A program made the position numbers and the translations under genes. This document shows positions 62,217 through 64,000 of a stretch of DNA of 64,000 nucleotides, in pieces (the stretch's first letter is position 1; each line of letters opens with the position of its first letter). Where the stretch lies: assembly GCA_973895155.1 (NCBI GenBank), contig OZ316895.1:3397659-3461658 (forward strand). Direction: 5' to 3'. This stretch comes from Marsupella aquatica. Lineage: Eukaryota > Plantae > Marchantiophyta. The notes beneath the pieces were generated by a model that was not told the origin of the DNA, did not search any database, and worked only from the letters and a program-made list of their open reading frames with translations.

Positions 62217-64000
62217 CACAAACAGTGGGTCAGCTCAATCATGCTGACCCACTTACAGGCTTCCCACCATCCATTAGCCACTCTAGTACTTGCACAAGTT
62301 TTTTACAAATGTTTTTTTAATATTAACTACAAGCTGAATATTCACGTATTTTGTAGAAAAATGTAGTTTAGTAAAAGATGTCAATGGGCACAAGAGTCAA
62401 TACATAAAAAATGTCAATGCATGACAAATCATTGCAGAAAAGGTGTTACACAAAATGATGTTGTTGTGCAATACATGTTGACCGGCAAAACATGTTATGA
62501 GGGAATTGATGTCAGTGTGCAGAAGATTTTGTGAATGAAACTATGTTGTTGCATAAAAGGGATCATTCCACAAAGAGGGTATTGCATTAAGCGTTTCATT
62601 GTATAAAAAGATGTTGTTGCAAAAAAGTTCTTGATAGATGATAGATTTGAGCTAATGAAAGAGCTTCCCATCTATTTCCCTAAAGGAAGGTAAGCCCCAC
62701 TACAAGACATCAACCAGAAACAAATGTAGTCTCCTACAAATTAAAAAAACAAACAAACCAAAAGAGTCCTCCTAGAAAACAATTAAGTGGAAAAGTATTT
62801 ACTGTGAAGTGGGGATGGTTTCCAAAGTTAGGATGGACTGAAGTTGAAATACTTGTGAGGCGCGCACTTTTTACAGTTTTGATCAATTTGTGACCTGCTA
62901 ATGGGCCCCTTCTTGTTTGTAGCCGGTTTCAATTTGTTACCCAGTAGTACTTAGTGGTTGCTCAATTATGCCCAAACCACTCCGGGTAGCTTTCACAAAT
63001 TAAAGAGTAACAGGCTCCCGTTAACAGCTGGTTTATAATGTTGGATTAGTTTTGCAATTTTTCATATTTTACTTTAATTTGCATTTTTGCATTTGCTTCT
63101 CAGTTTTTCATTTTCATAATAATTTTTGCATTTGTCATAAATGAACCAAGTAATCTCAAAATCTATGAGTTCATATATTGAGAATATGCTTGCAGAATTG
63201 GAGATTAAAGAGAGATCCAAAAGTTATCCCAAATAAATTATACATAAGTCTGTCAAATATCAAAAGCTTATAGTAGTTGGTTCCAAGAGATCCAAGAGAC
63301 CTCTTGGCTAGGAATCGAGTCAGTGATGCATCAAAGCAAAGCATTTTTTTATTAAAATTGTCAGAGAATGTTTTGTCATTTTTGGGTCAGTCTTTTCATT
63401 CTGTTTTCTTGACTCTCTATCCCAAACTGTTTGGAGTAACCACTATTATTCCTTAGATTGATTTATTTCAATTTCAAAAAGAGAAACATCATCTTGCTCA
63501 TATGCATTTTGAAAACAAAGTCGGGTTGGATTGCTACCTTGCTTCCAACTATCCCCATGGACTTTTGACAGGGGACAGATTATATTACGCCTAATCATGA
63601 GACAGCTCCACTACAAATGGATGGTAAATCTCTCATAAATTATTTACCTCCATTGTTGTCACGGTACGTAAGAACATTATGGGCACTTCAAAATTAAATT
63701 GAGAATGGGAAATGATGCTCCCATGACCACAACGTTGGTGTTTTGAGACCCCCATGGACCACCTTTCCCAAAATTGAGTTTAATTGTAACTACTTGATTT
63801 TTGGTTTTGAGGATGTGCTAGAGGAGTAGGTGAGCTACACTTCCATAAAAAATGACAGTGAAATTTTGGCCAGTTTGGTTAATTCCTTTTATCATGGAAT
63901 GCCGAGGAGTAAATTCAACTAGATTAATTTTGATTGTGTTAATATGAAAATAATGTTAGGGCTTGTGCTTTTTAAAAAAAATATCTGACTCAGTTCTCCT

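Overview
Eukaryotic nuclear DNA from a land plant. A bryophyte, probably a liverwort, is inferred from the intron-containing secretory-type PPO, the CRE-type retroelement and the gene architecture. Five host genes are supported: (1) a 21-exon SCY1-like pseudokinase (SCYL1/CTEXP type, minus, 14318-21996); (2) a 5-exon strictosidine-synthase-like/APMAP six-bladed propeller (plus, 28401-32363); (3) a small PADRE/DUF4228 protein (plus, 42146-42559); (4) an intronless 1038-aa NO VEIN/sacsin-related ORF whose N-terminal part appears decayed (plus, 44765-47881); (5) a 4-exon polyphenol oxidase with a signal peptide and a Leu gatekeeper (minus, 52519-54840). An apparently full-length, young CRE-clade non-LTR retrotransposon (RT plus restriction-like endonuclease, about 55699-59953) has an 8-bp TSD, a 24-bp copy of upstream target DNA at its 5' junction, a 1-nt frameshift in a C-run, and an empty-site-like motif 1.4 kb downstream, which suggests sequence-specific targeting. 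Intergenic DNA is rich in MITEs/foldbacks, a Helitron 3' end, minisatellites and local duplications. All family assignments come from motif recognition by eye, with no database search.
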